Source: Octopus vulgaris
Taxonomy: Eukaryota
DNA length: 64,000 nt
Direction of reading: 5' to 3'
Assembly (NCBI GenBank): GCA_951406725.2
Contig: OX597827.1
Coordinates: 57,226,001-57,290,000, forward strand
Part shown: piece by piece, positions 1 to 12,508 of the stretch
Numbering within the stretch: the first letter of the stretch is position 1
Layout of the letters: the number at the start of each line of letters is the position of its first letter
Made by a program: the position numbers and the translations under genes
Notes under the pieces: model-generated
What the model was told of the DNA's origin: nothing
The model's database searches: none
The model's input: only the letters and a program-made list of their open reading frames with translations

Positions 1-385
1 AAACTGAACCGGACTTGCTTCGAAGGGTCGACCCGGAAACCACGCGTCAGCACTGTCAGTGAAATTCTCTGACGTCGCCAAGGCTTAAGAAAGTAAGACA
101 GTCAGTCAAAAATCAGAATCATGTTGACCACGTTCTTCGAAGTGAGAAGCATTGTCCACGGTGAGCGCTCACCACAGGGCCAGACAATCAGTCAGCAAGC
201 TTACAATGTGATCCTGCGGCGTTTTACTTCGCTCAGTGCGCGAGAAGAGACGAGAGTTGTAGCAAGACAAATCGTAGCTGCTTCACCATGACGACGCACT
301 TGCTCTTAACGCCCTGAGCAACCGGCAGTTCCTGGCTGAGAAGAACATTGCCGTATGTAACAACCTCCCTATTCACTTATCTCGC
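1..385 (+). mobile_element. Decayed mariner (Tc1/mariner) transposase fragment, catalytic region
   Basis: Manual translation across frameshifts gives IMLTTFFEVRSIVH...GQTISQQAY...LRSVREKRR...LLHHDDALALNALSNRQFLAEKNIAVCKQPPYSL. This matches the mariner HDNAPAH and HPPYSPDL motifs. Truncated by the window edge and by a SINE at ~390. Confidence 0.85.
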
Positions 386-389
386 TGTC

Positions 390-501
390 TTTTACTCTCT
401 TACTTGTTTCAGTCATTTGACTGTGGCCATGCTGGAACAAACACAGACACACAAACATATACACACACATACATACATACATACATACATACATACATAC
501 A

Positions 502-532
<31 letters not shown>

Positions 533-667
533 CAAATCCACTCACAAGGCTTTGGTCGGCCCAAGGCTATAGTAGAAGACACTTGCCCAAGATGCCACGC
601 AGTGGGACTGAACCCGGAACCATGTAGTTCGTAAGCAAGCTACTTACCACACAGCCACTCCTACGCC
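390..667 (-). mobile_element. SINE family A (tRNA-like head), internally deleted, with (TACA)n
   Basis: Reverse complement of the head ggcgtaggagtggctgtgtggtaagtagcttgc...ggttccgggttcagtcccactgcgtggc, plus the tail aaatgactgaaacaagtaa. Near-identical to the full copy at 62399-62817. Confidence 0.9.
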
Positions 668-1394
668 TGTGTAAGAGTGTGTGTCAGAGTGTGTATGTGT
701 GTTGTGCATGTGTGTGAATGAGTGTGCCTGTGAATATGTTTGTGCGTGCGTGCATGTGTGCGTGCGTGTGTGCGTGTGTGTGTGTTGTGTGTTTGTGAGT
801 GTGAATGTGAATATGTGTGTGTATGTGTGTTCTGATGCAACGTGGATTGTATTGTGTATTACCACCTCTTTAGTTTTTTCCTTTTTTCCCGTTTTTTTAT
901 ACTTTTCCTGTTCATCTGAAATTATCTGCTGCTTGTTGTTGTTTTTTTCCCCCTAAATATCCTTCCTTACGTTCCATTGTTTTACGCTATTTATTTGACC
1001 ATAACTACAGAGACTGATTATTCGCCAGATTGCGGAGATGATTCTGTGATGTTTAACTGCGAAGTTTAATTTGGTGGGAAGAAGACTTTTATAAGCTCGA
1101 AACACTCTCTGCTCATAGCTTTGTTTTTATTTTCGCCTTGAATTAATAACAAACCGAGAGTAAAAGGTAAATCTAATGTTTTATCGAATTTATACCGTAT
1201 GTCATCTATACGAAAGATTTACTCTTATCATTTTCTATATTTTATTGCATTTAAAGCAGAACTGATTTTTTTCTTCTCGCTGCCGCTTCATATAGATTGG
1301 CTGATCAACTTCTGCCTCTTTTCCTTGATCATGTATTTGTTGTGGTTGCTGTTGTTGTGGTTGTTGTGCTTACTGTTGTTGTTGCTGTCTTTCT

Positions 1395-1827
1395 TCTTCG
1401 CCTTCTAATCAGGACTCACGCCATTAGCCACAAAGAATAATCTCTAATTCGAGCCTACTCTAAGCTACTAAGAATGTGTGTGACAACTTGAATATCCACC
1501 CACCACACGCGATAGACTGGCGGTTGCACGGGCGCCAAAGCTACGTTGTTATCCTCATTCCGTAAACGGTGGCTTTTTTAACGGGTGGATAGCTGAACCA
1601 TCCTGGGGTACAGAGGATTCGCAATCTAGACTAGGGTCTGAAAATTTACCACACCATAGTGGGTTACACCATGGTTCCTCTGCTTTGTGGTAGAAGTAGG
1701 AAGAAAGAGTGAAAGAGTACAGCGGGGTTCCCCATCCCTCCCCACCGGAGACTCGTGGTGGTAATCGAAACCGCGTTCTTACGACCCAGAGTCCACTGCC
1801 CTAACTACTGGGCCATTGCGCCACCAC
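1395..1827 (-). mobile_element. SINE family R (tRNA-Arg-like head), tail type b
   Basis: Head ggcgcaatggcccagtagttagggcagtggactc on the minus strand. The 3' half is homologous to 42000-42295. Confidence 0.85.
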
Positions 1828-2004
1828 TGTTGTTGTTGCTGTTGTTGCTTTGAGGCATTCATTCTGGCTCTTTACATTCTAGGTTCAAATCCACTGTTCT
1901 TAACTTTGCTTTTCATCCCTTCAAGGTCGACAAAATAAGGCAACTGTCAAGTGCTCAGATGAATGGTTTCGACTAATCCCTCTCTCTGCTGGCGCTGCAG
2001 TACA

Positions 2005-2410
2005 AATATACGAAGCCCAATATACCCATCATGACTACCCGTCTCATGAGGGCACACCAGACACATGCATCACAACCATATATGCGTGACATAGTAAAAT
2101 CTTATCAAGATAAACGGAGCATGACCCTTCAGATAGAGCCCAGTTAGAATTTTCTTCAGGTCGAGCAGCCCATCCCACTCAAAAGGTCCCTGAATAAGAT
2201 TTGTTTAATAATTATGAGCGAAACACCCATGTTTCCAGAGGTGAATTTCTCAAGCCCCAAATAGCACGTGGCTATAATGCTACCCCACTACTTCTGCTCG
2301 TGATCAGATATTCACATATTGTCAGCCACTAAGGGACATGCTGAATTGGTCAAACTGGTTAAGGTTAAGTAAATCTGTGATATAGAGCAGAATCTTTGCT
2401 TCAGCCCATG
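2005..2410 (-). mobile_element. Non-coding dispersed repeat, family C (5'-truncated)
   Basis: Homologous to 3862-4439 and 63659-64000. Abuts an (ATT)n tract at ~2412. Confidence 0.8.
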
Positions 2411-2447
2411 ATATTATTATTATTATTATCATCACTATTGTTATTAA

Positions 2448-2662
2448 GGCGGCATGGTGACAGAATTATTACCGTGCGGACAAAATACTTGACTACATTT
2501 CTTCCGTATTTATGCTCTGAATTCAAATGCGGCCAAAGTCGACTAAGCCTTTTATGCCTCCTGGGTCGATAAAATAAGTACAAGTTGAGCAGGGGAGTCG
2601 TTGTAATCGATTATAGCCCTCCCCACAAATTCCAGGACTTGAGCCTATAGTTGAAAGAATTA
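2448..2662 (+). mobile_element. SINE family B (diverged)
   Basis: ggcggcatggtgacagaatt...ttcaaatgcggcc...gggtcgataaaataagtac...; homologous to the other B copies. Confidence 0.75.
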
Positions 2663-2686
2663 TTATTGTCGTTGTTGTTCTGCTTT

Positions 2687-3730
2687 AGAAGTTTATAGAG
2701 GATTGGGGGGCGGGGAACTGCGACGACGTTCTCGGGGAAACTTCGGGCGCCGACGAGAACGAACTGTTCCGGAGGACTTTCCGGTCGGGAACTATCGTGG
2801 ATAATTTCCGGATGTCCTTGGTTTGGCAGTGCTTCGGGGGGGGGGGGGCGCTACCGGTTCGAGACAAGCTCTGCAGGCACAGATGCGCTGTCAGACGCGA
2901 CGTGGAAATAAAACCACGAACAAGTTTTTGACGGATCAGGACGGGCGCGTGCTACTCGGTTCTGATCAGATGTGTGCGGCTTTGCTGCAGCACTTTGCGT
3001 GGCTGTTTGGAGACGGTGATAGGTCAGCGATGGTAGCGGACTATACTTCGTACCTGGACGGCCTACCACGGCTCTCGGTAACGGTTGTGAGATTCTGCGA
3101 AATGCCGATTACAGCCACAGAAAAATGGGAGGCGATGAGCGATTGCACGAGTTGCAAATCACCTGGTTTGGATAGTCTGTTGTACGAATTCTATTGTATT
3201 CATGTCAGATTTGTTTGGCAGCTTCTAGGCAGTCATCAACAGTAACTGGCAGTAGAATAGAAGAATTCCTAGTGCTGTTAGCCGGAGTGTGGTTACGCTG
3301 CTGAGAAAGGATAAGACAATGAAGACGTGCTAGGGAATTTTCGCCCCATAACTCTGCTAAACACAAAGTTTAAGATTCTCACCAAAGTGTAAGCGAAAAT
3401 GTTGGCGCTTGTCGTCAGTAGTCTGGTTGGGGAGGTGCAAACGTGTACAATCCCGAGCAGGTATATTTACGACAACCTCCACTTTGTGCTATACATTGTA
3501 GAGAGGGCGAGGATTAAAGCTGGCTTCGGTGAGGCCCTGATCAATTTAGATCAGTCGAAAGCTTTCGATTGGGTCGATCATCCCTACTTGGAAGACATCC
3601 TTAAAGTGGACGATTTCGGACCCGTTTTCAGAAGCTGGATTGCTGCAATGCATTGCGGCACCTGCTCGGGGGTCAACGTAAATGGCCACCTACCGGAATC
3701 GTTTAGTATCACACGTTCGGTCAGTCAACA
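2687..3730 (+). pseudogene. Tx1/L1-clade LINE reverse transcriptase fragment (disrupted)
   Basis: GC-rich block. ORFs 2823-3245 and 3399-4040 plus intervening sequence give KSPGLDSLLYEFY, NFRPITLLNTKFKILTKV, LINLDQSKAFDWVDHPYL and FSITRSVSQ, i.e. early RT motifs in L1/Tx1 style. Contains stops and frameshifts. Confidence 0.85.
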
Positions 3731-3861
3731 GGAGAATTTCATCATGTTTACACATTCAACCAATAAACTATCTATTGCAATCGCATCGCGCTCTTCGTAT
3801 TGTCTATTATTATTGTTGTTGTTGTTATTATCGTTATTGTTGTTATTGTTGCTGTTGAGTG

Positions 3862-4439
3862 AGAATGTAGCGCATAACATCAAAGTGATACTTGGGTACA
3901 ATTATACGAAGTTCAATATACATCATGACTACCCATCTGATAAGGATACATCAGGCACATGCATCACAACCATATGTGCGCGACATGGTGATCTTATATC
4001 AAGATATTCAGCGCATGACCTTGCAAGTGGGGCTCACTAAGAATTTTCTTCAGGTTGAGTAGCCCATTTTGCTCAAAAGGTCCCTGAATAAGGTTTGTTT
4101 AAGGATGATGAACGAAATGTTTCCAGAGGTAAACTATTGAAACCCCAAAGAATTCCTTTCAACACATGGCTATGATGCTCCGCCACTACTTCTGCTCGTG
4201 ACCAGAGATGCACATATCGCCAGCCACTAAAGGACATGCTCAACTGGTTACGGTCAAACAACTGACAAGCAAATCTGTGATATTGAGCAGAATATTTGCA
4301 GTAGCCCATTTTTTATACCAAGACAAAACAATGTACATGATAACACTTCGAATCAGTTAAGCTCAGAAGCCATGAGAGCCGCTGTCTGATACTACATCAG
4401 GACATTGAGAGACACTGCCTGGTATTGCATCGGGGCATT
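3862..4439 (-). mobile_element. Non-coding dispersed repeat, family C (near full length)
   Basis: Homologous to 2005-2410 and 63659-64000. On the minus strand it is followed by an (AAC/AAT)n tract. Its terminal 33 bp are tandemly duplicated (4374-4406 and 4407-4439). Confidence 0.8.
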
Positions 4440-4449
4440 GGAGGTTTAA

Positions 4450-4662
4450 GGCGGCGAGCTGGTAGAATCGTTAGCACGCTGGACGAAATGTTTAATGGCA
4501 TTTCGCACGTCGCTACGTTCTGAGTTCAAATTCCGTCGAGGTCGACATTGCCTTTCATCCTTTCAGAGTCGATAAAATAAGTACCAGTTGAGCACTGGGG
4601 TCGATCTAATCGACTGCCCTCCCTACCCCCAAATTTCAGGCCTTCTGCCAATGGTAGAAAGG
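4450..4662 (+). mobile_element. SINE family B
   Basis: ggcggcgagctggtagaatcgttagcac (A-box-like), gttcaaattcc (B-box-like), and the core gcctttcatcctttc...gtcgataaaataagtaccag. Followed by (ATT)n. Confidence 0.9.
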
Positions 4663-4845
<183 letters not shown>

Positions 4846-6030
4846 GTCATTATAGATTATCGGTGTTGACTGAAGAAACAACAAACCAGAACTACATACT
4901 TTATACTCTCAATTCCGAATTCTTTGTATACTCCACCAAGGAGGAGCATTGCCTCTCTATTTTCTTTCATTACCCCCCCTCCCACACACACACACACACT
5001 CATCTTCCAACGCCCCACTCCGATGGAAGCGATCGAAAGACTAATTTCTAGTAATGAAATTCCTTGGACATATTTAATTTATCTCCAGATTCCGATCTGT
5101 GTGAAAACGTATTATTGTTATTTATAAGGTTTCGAGTATCAAAGTAAACCGAACAAATGTTATTTCTTTCACTCTCTCTTTTTTTTCTTCTGTTTAGTTG
5201 TTTATCTATCTGTCCATCTATCTGTCTGTATGTATGTCTCTCTCTTTCTTTCTCTCTGTCCGTCCCTCCACAACTCTTTCCTTTTCTGCCTGTATGTCTC
5301 TCTTTCTCTCTGATTTATTCTTTGTTTTGATTATGTTTATACTTTTTGTCAACGAATACATAGCTTGACGGACAGCCGTGATCAATCTCGTCCGCACGGT
5401 CATCCATTCGCTCATCATCTTCATTTGCCAGACTTTTCACAAAAATCAAATTCAAGAACAAAGAGCCAATGGAAATGAATTAATTGGCAAGTATATAATT
5501 TGGTTACGAAGAAGTTAGCGTTCACAGTAGAGTTGCAAACATCCGTCTACCTTCTCCGTAAATTGTATTTTTTTTTAAAATAAATTCTTACAGTATTTTT
5601 TGTTCTTTTTTTTCAGTTTATAGTATTCCGATTTTGTTTAGATTCCAGAAAGAAGTTTTCAAAGTTGTATTTCTGATTAAATGTTTCATTACAAGCTTGA
5701 ATATGTTTAGTTGTTTGTCGGTCAGCCAAACAACAAACAGCCTGTATTTCCACTTTCATATATTATTAGGGGCGGGAAGCTTGTGGCCAAGTGGTTAGAG
5801 TGTTGCACGCAAGGTCGCGGTTTCGATTTCCGAACTAGGCAGGGTGTTGTGCTCATGAGTAAAATACTTCATTTCTCGTTGGTCCAGTCCACTCACCTGT
5901 AAAATAAGTGACCCTACGACGGTGGAATTTTGTGAATTTGGTCACTTAAACGTCAAAGAAATCGAGAAAGCGGCCTTATGAGTACACGTACTCAAGACAA
6001 ATAAAAATATATATATTATTAGAGCGGTGA

Positions 6031-6370
6031 TTTGAGTTCAAATTCCGCCGGGGTCGACTTTGCCTTTCATCCTTTCGGAATCAATGAAACAATTACCATT
6101 TGGGCACTGGGGTCGATGAAACCGACTAGTCCCCTCCCACAAAATTTTAGTCCTTGTGCCTATAGTAGAAAGGATTATAAAGGCGGTGAGCTATTAGAAT
6201 CATTAAAGCGTCGGAGAAAATGCCACGTGGTATTTCTTTTGAGTCTTTACGTTCTGAGTTCAAATCCCGTCGAGGTCAACTTTGCCATTAATCCTTTCAG
6301 GCTGATAAAATAAAGTACCAGTCGTGTATTCATGCCGATGGTATCGACCAATCTCTATCCCTCAAAGCTG
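6031..6370 (+). mobile_element. Two adjacent SINE family B copies
   Basis: Two B-box/core units, starting at ~6031 and ~6181. Confidence 0.8.
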
Positions 6371-6549
6371 CTGTTTGTGTTCCATAAACTGTTCCGTGTC
6401 CCATAAACTATAGGTATCGGTTACCTGTGCTATCCCTGGGAATGGGTATGTAGGCACACTGTATTCGTAGGGTACAGGTAACAACAGAATAATCAAAAGT
6501 TTATCAGGAATCAAGTTTAAAAAGAAAATGGAGAAAACTTTTGATCAAC

Positions 6550-7251
6550 AAACAAATTGGACCACATCTATAGATTATTTTTTAATACAAAACATAACAT
6601 AACATTTCTATGACATAACATTTCTTACAGCCGTTTCCGCTTCCAATGCCTGTTGGTGCTTACGAAAGAATTTCCAAAATAATATTTGTCGTCTTCATAG
6701 GACATTCGATCTAGTACATGGAGCTTCGTCAGAGTGAATACAAATGCGTAAAATAAAATAAACGAAAGGAAGAGAGAATAGGAAAGAACAGAGCCTCGAG
6801 AAGAAGCCAGAAGGATCAATATATTAATATCATACCATCTTCCAGCGTGGAGCTTTGAACTCGATAGGTAAAAGAATGATCTAGCAGTAGCCTAGGGAAA
6901 TATTTACGGGATATTTCTATATAAAGGGGGAACCAGGATGTTAGAAAAGTAGTGAAAGGAAGTTAGCACTCAAATAAAACAAGAAATTACCAATATGTCT
7001 AGGAAGATAATAGCACTTATGCTTTCGTAAATTGCGCTAGTTGATATTTATCCCAAAACAAAACCATAGGGTTCTTAATGTACTTAATGAAAGATTGTAG
7101 AGACCTCCACCTGTTGCCCGCAGTGGAATTGACCAAAGTCTATCCATCACTACAGTTAGTCAATTATATTTGAACCAAGGGCAAAAGTTAAAACCGTTTC
7201 AGGGGATATGTAAAAAAAAAAAATGATCTACAGATGTGGTCCAATTTGTTT
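6550..7251. mobile_element. Putative non-autonomous DNA transposon bounded by ~34-bp inverted repeats
   Basis: aaacaaattggaccacatctatagattattt (from 6550) versus aaatgatctacagatgtggtccaatttgttt (to 7251), two mismatches. No clear TSD. Confidence 0.55.
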
Positions 7252-7276
7252 ATATCTATCTATCTATCTATCTATC

Positions 7277-7573
7277 AATGGCCCAGTGGTTACGGCAGCG
7301 GACTCGCGGTCGTAGGATCGCGGTTTCGATCCCCAGACCGGGCGTTGTGAGTGTTTATTGAGCGGAAACACCTAATGCTCCACGATGCTCTGGCAGGGGT
7401 GGAGGCGATCCCTGCTGTACTCTTTCGCCACAACTCTCATTCTTTCTTCTGTTGGCCTGCTCGCTTAGCCAGCGGGGTGGCGTCATTTGAAGGCTAAAAC
7501 AATGCGAAGCGCATTGTGACCAGCGATGTGTAACAACATCTGATAGCCTGGTCGGTCACGGTGATCATGGTGA
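7277..7573 (+). mobile_element. SINE family R, tail type c
   Basis: tggcccagtggttacggcagcggactcgcggtcgtaggatcgcggtttcgatccc head. Tail ...gatagcctggtcggtcacggtgat is shared with 14013-14262 and 13592-13633. Confidence 0.9.
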
Positions 7574-9027
7574 TATATATATATATATATGGTTATTTTG
7601 TAAGAAGTTTACTCCACACCACATGGCTCCGAGTTTATAGTCCCCCTGCGAGGCAACCTGGGCAAGTCTTTTCTACTATAGCAACGGGCCAACTGAACTC
7701 TTGTGAGTGGATTTGATAGAAGAAAACTGAAAGAAGTCTGTTGTATATGTGTGCGTGTGTGTGTGTGCATGAATATGTATGTATTTATCTTTGTATGAAG
7801 GCGCGTGGCGTAGTGGTTAGGCTATTCCACTCACGATCGTAAGGTCGCGAGTTCGATTCCTGGTGACACGTCGTGTCCTTGAGCAAGACGCTTTATCTCA
7901 CGTTGCTCCAGTTCACGTAGCTGTTCTTTAAAAGGCCAGTTTTGTCATATTCTGTGTCCCGCTGAATCTCCCTGAGAACTACGATTCAGCCTTTTATTTG
8001 CTAGTTTGCTTTTCAGACACGGAGTATCTTGGACTACATTATTTAATGGAGTGTGTCAATCTTCAATTTTTTAAGTGGTACAGTGAAATTTGCGGGAGAT
8101 TTGACTACTATTTCTTGCAGTTCAAGTGAATTTATATAACTCTACACTCCGTCACTGACTCAGTATTGTACGTTTATCTGTGATGTTCATACCTAAGTAT
8201 GCACATATTATTGATTGTTTACTATATGCAATTTATGCTTGTACCATTGTATGTTTGTTCGACGAGCGATGTCTGTGCTTTATGCATGTTTAATTGAGGT
8301 TTTGTGTTGTTTTCTTTTCATTTCCTTTTTGTAGGAAGTGGCTCCGTACGCGTGCACGTTTGTACTTAATTTTCTACGTGTATCCATGTGTAAATATATG
8401 TGAGTCACTTAGGTTTCTTACGAAAACTACCGTGTCATTATTATCAATTCGGACTTTGAAACACAACTAATGCATCACTACACACATATTATTTGGCAAT
8501 CACACGCTAGTCTAATTATAAGGATGGTTTTTCCGAGTAAGTTCAACCCTTCTCCATTATACCTGAAACTTTCGGTCCAGTATTTATGTTAAAACTATAA
8601 TAGATTTAGCAACTGTCTTCACACCGTCCATCTAACATGTTTCTTATTATAACCGAGCGTACATGATTTTGTAATTCAGTTGTTTAAGCAAATGGATCGA
8701 TAGACGATTCCTGGAGTCTTGCTGCTTTGGATCTGTGATTATATTTCCCACGCTCATCTTGAAGTTTCTTCTGTCAGCTTTCTTACATCCTAAACCTTAT
8801 CATTGCTATCAACTCCGTTTGAAGTTATTTCAGCTTCACCAAAAATTTAATGTAATTATGATCTAATCAGCGTTCAATAAATTATATTTTATACTTGATG
8901 TTGTACAGACGCGGGGGAATTGGGTGCTACGTCATTGCTGTTTCCTGGTGCTGAGATGTCTAATATTGTGTTTAAAGGTGGTGAAGTTGTAGAGCGGTAC
9001 ACTGCATTACAATACTCAAACTCCTAA

Positions 9028-9645
9028 AGGTGGCGAGCTGGCAGAATCATTAGCACGCCGGGAGAAATGCTTAGCGGTATTTCGTCTGCCGCTACGTTCT
9101 GAGTTCAAATTCCGCTGAGGTCGACTTTGCCTTTCATCCTTTCGGGTCGATTAAATAAGTACTAGTTACGCACTGGGATCGATATAATCGACTTAATACC
9201 TATGTCTATCCTTGTTTGTCCCCTCTGTGTTTAGCCCCTTGTGGGTAGTAAAGAAATAGGTATTTCGTCTGCGGTTACGTTCTGAGTTCAAATTCCACCG
9301 AGGTCGACTTTGCCTTTCATCCTTTCGGGGTCGATTAAATAAGTACTAGTTACGCACTGGGATCGATATAATTGACTTAATCCCTTTGTCTGTCCTTGTT
9401 TGTCCTCTCTATGTTTAGCCTCTTGTGGGCAATAAAGAAATAAGAATCGTTAGCACGCCAGGCAAAATGCTTCGCGGCATTTTGTCTATTTTTACATTCT
9501 GAGTTCGATTTCCGTTGATGTCAGCTTTACCTTTCATCCTTTCGGGTTCGATAAAGTAATTACCAGTTGAGCTATGGGGTTGATGTAATTGACTTAATCC
9601 CTTTCCTGAACTTGCTGGTCTTGTGCCAAAACTTGAAACCAATAT
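9028..9645 (+). mobile_element. SINE family B multimer (three units)
   Basis: Head at 9028, repeated core units starting near 9259 and 9445. Confidence 0.9.
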
Positions 9646-10639
9646 TTTATTAAGTTTAATTATGACATCAATTAAATAAATATCAAGCAATATAGTCAAA
9701 GAAGGTCGTCGACTAATGCAGTTATTTTTCTAGCACATTGTGTTCTAAGCTCAAATTCCAACGAGGTCGAGTTTGTTTTACATATTTGGTGATCGATAAT
9801 AAAATACCAATCAAGTACTGGAATCGCTTCTCTCTCTCTCACTCGCTCGCTCACTCACTCACACGCATACACACACTCTCTCTCTCTCACCTTCTCTCTC
9901 AGCTCTCTCTTAGTATCATTATGGGAAAGATCATGGAGGCCACTTATTATGTCCTTCCCTCCAAGAAATGAAGAATGCTGCTAACAATTTCTTCCCATGT
10001 AGGATGCTTCGTAACCTATTCAAAGGATCCATAGAACGTAGTGGGCATGGATGTACCGACGTGCTGCACAGCGCAGAACAATGAAAATGCATTCGACTAT
10101 ATTGATCATAAGCTCCCTACAACTCGAACAAACCGGCTCTGTAAATCAATATTGTATTTAACTGGCAGAAAATCGTTATCGTGTAGTCCCAAATGCTTAA
10201 GGGCATTTCTTGCGATTCTTTATGTTCTGAACCCAAATTCCACCGAGGTCAACTTTGCTTTCCATCTTTTCAGGGTCGATACACTATGCTTCTGTAAAAT
10301 ATTTTAGGTACCTATGTACTCGCAAGCGGACAAATACACCTTCTCAGTCCACTCACTCTTGATCCAGGGAATATCCAGGGCATGAAAGATGGAAGGGAAA
10401 AGGAGGGAGAAAGAGAGAGAACTACACCAGCTATAGGCTGGTATTCGTTTTCAGTAGTTTGGCGCAACGTGAAGTAAAGTGCCTTGCTCAAGAACACAGT
10501 GCACTGCCTGAACTAGGAATTGAACCCATCACCTTATGGTGTGTGTGTGTGTGTATGATTGAAGTGTCTTTCATTATTCCACTGAACTGGGCCAACATCC
10601 TCCCGTAGACTACAATAGAAAAGTAACTACCAGTAGTAT

Positions 10640-10958
10640 TATTATTCAAGGTATATATTGGTTCCTTCTTGAGCCACGTCTGGCTCATAAGGGCCGGTTT
10701 CCCGGTTTCCTTGGCGTATAGGTTCCCCACCTGGACGAGACGCCGGTCCGTCGCAGGTGAGCTGCAAGATGCAGGAGGAAAGAGTGAGAGAAAGTTGTGG
10801 CGAAAGAGTCAGCAGAAATTCGCCATTACCTTCTGCCGGAGCCGCGTGGAGCTTAGGTGTTTCGCTCATAAACACACACATAGCCCGGTCAGTGATTCGA
10901 ACCCGCAATCCCTCGACCGCGAGTCCGCTGCTCTAACCACTCGGTCATGTGCCTCCAC
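10640..10958 (-). mobile_element. SINE family R, tail type d
   Basis: Minus-strand head gtggaggcacatgaccgagtggttagagcagcggactcgcgg. Tail gaaaccgggaaaccggcccttatgagcc is shared with 29170-29423. Confidence 0.85.
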
Positions 10959-11210
10959 TATTCAGAGTATAGGACCGGTTTAATACTATAAAACTATTCC
11001 TTGAATTCCTTTAGCGGATTCCATTCTATTGTAAACGTACGGAAGAAGTCACTGGCCTGAGAATACTTTACACACAAGTATAAGACTGGATACTGGCCTC
11101 CAACCCCTTCTGTGAAAGCAATAAAACACTGAAAAGGACATTCCAGTAAGTCCTCTACCATTCCACATTATTTACAAAAAGCAAATCAATCTTAGTCATT
11201 AATGTGCAAA

Positions 11211-11414
11211 TACGTGGTGGTTTTGAGTAAAAGAAAACACAGGCGGATTAGTTAATTATGATTTTATTCAACATATTCTCCTCTCAGATTCACACACTCA
11301 TTGCAGCAGTCCTTCAGATTTTGTAAGCCCTGTAAAAGAACTCGGAAAGTTGGGCCTACAATCAGGCCTTTCGTGATACACTTAAAGCCAGTAACTTTTC
11401 AGCACCCTGTTGTA
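11211..11414 (-). mobile_element. Short mariner-like non-autonomous remnant
   Basis: Minus-strand end gggtgctgaaaagttactggcttt resembles a mariner TIR, and an internal segment resembles a mariner transposase C-terminus. The partner TIR is poorly conserved. Confidence 0.45.
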
Positions 11415-12144
11415 TATGCACGGAAACTCGAACAGCTATTACACGAAGCAAAGGAATTGGATGTATGTTAGCATCCTATTTATACTGTTTACATCGTTAA
11501 GATATCACGGATCTCTTTATATTCTCAACGAGAGTGTCCATTGTATACGCCCCAATTGAAGGAGCTTCTATTTGACAAGCAATAAAACATTGTTCAATTG
11601 TATTAACACTAGCAGCCCTTTCACACAGAAAATGTTCTCTTTCGGTAATCTAATTTGATATGATCAACTTCGCAAATAACCATCCACCACTGTGTCTGTT
11701 TACTCTTCTGTATTCCTTATTTCGGAAGCATATTGCCGTCCAACGATTTTTCCGCTTCGCCACGGAACATCTACCAGGCGAGAAATCGTCTTGTACAGAA
11801 TATTTAACCTTTATGTTGTTACTGTTAATTGAATTGAGTTTTTCATTGATTTCCATTAACATTTCAAGTTTTCATTTCACTCGTGAAGACCATACGTGCA
11901 TCAATGCCTTTATTATCAATTCAATGTTTAAATGCTTTACACTGTTCGGATAATAATTATTTATTATCGAAACTTACTTAACTGAAAAGATTTAGATAGT
12001 GATATATCAGATCATCAAACTTTGCTTAGCTTTGCAACATCAACAGCTGGGTAAGTTGATTCTTGCTCTGGTAAACGATGGCGATAATAATAATGTAAAA
12101 GCTGTTGATCATGCCAATATGGCGGCTGTAATATATTTCGACTA

Positions 12145-12508
12145 GGCGAAATGCTTAGCGGTATTTCGTCTGCCGTTACGTTCTGAGTTCAAATTCCACC
12201 GAGGTCGACTTTGCCTTTCATCCTTTCGGGGTCGATAAATTTAGTACCAGTTACGTACTGGGGTCGATATAATCGACTTAATCCGTTTGTCTGTCCTTGA
12301 TTGTCCTCTCTGTGTTTAGCCCCTTGTGGGTAGTAAAGAAATAGGTATTTCGTCTATCTTCACGTTCTGAGTTCAAATTCCGCCGAGGTCGACTTTGCCT
12401 TTCATCCTTTCGGGGTCGATAAATTAAGTACCAGTTGTGTACTGGGGTCAATCTAATCGACTGGCCCTCTCCCCCATTATTTCGGGCCTTTTGCCTAGAG
12501 TAGAAAAG
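12145..12508 (+). mobile_element. SINE family B dimer with 15-bp TSD
   Basis: TSD aatatatttcgacta at 12130-12144 and 12509-12523. Two core units with different 3' tails. Confidence 0.92.

Noticed and set aside
3731-4040. C-terminal extension of ORF 3399-4040 with a poly-Leu transmembrane-like stretch
   Set aside because: Read-through from the Tx1-like RT remnant into a TTG/TTA microsatellite and a family C repeat.
5340-5450. Minus-strand frame LANEDDERMDDRADEIDHGCPSSY as a coding exon
   Set aside because: Short, no recognisable homology, and no convincing splice pair.
8335-8399. Possible 65-nt exon between tttttgtag and gtgagt
   Set aside because: Such signals arise by chance in AT-rich DNA, and there is no partner exon or recognisable peptide.
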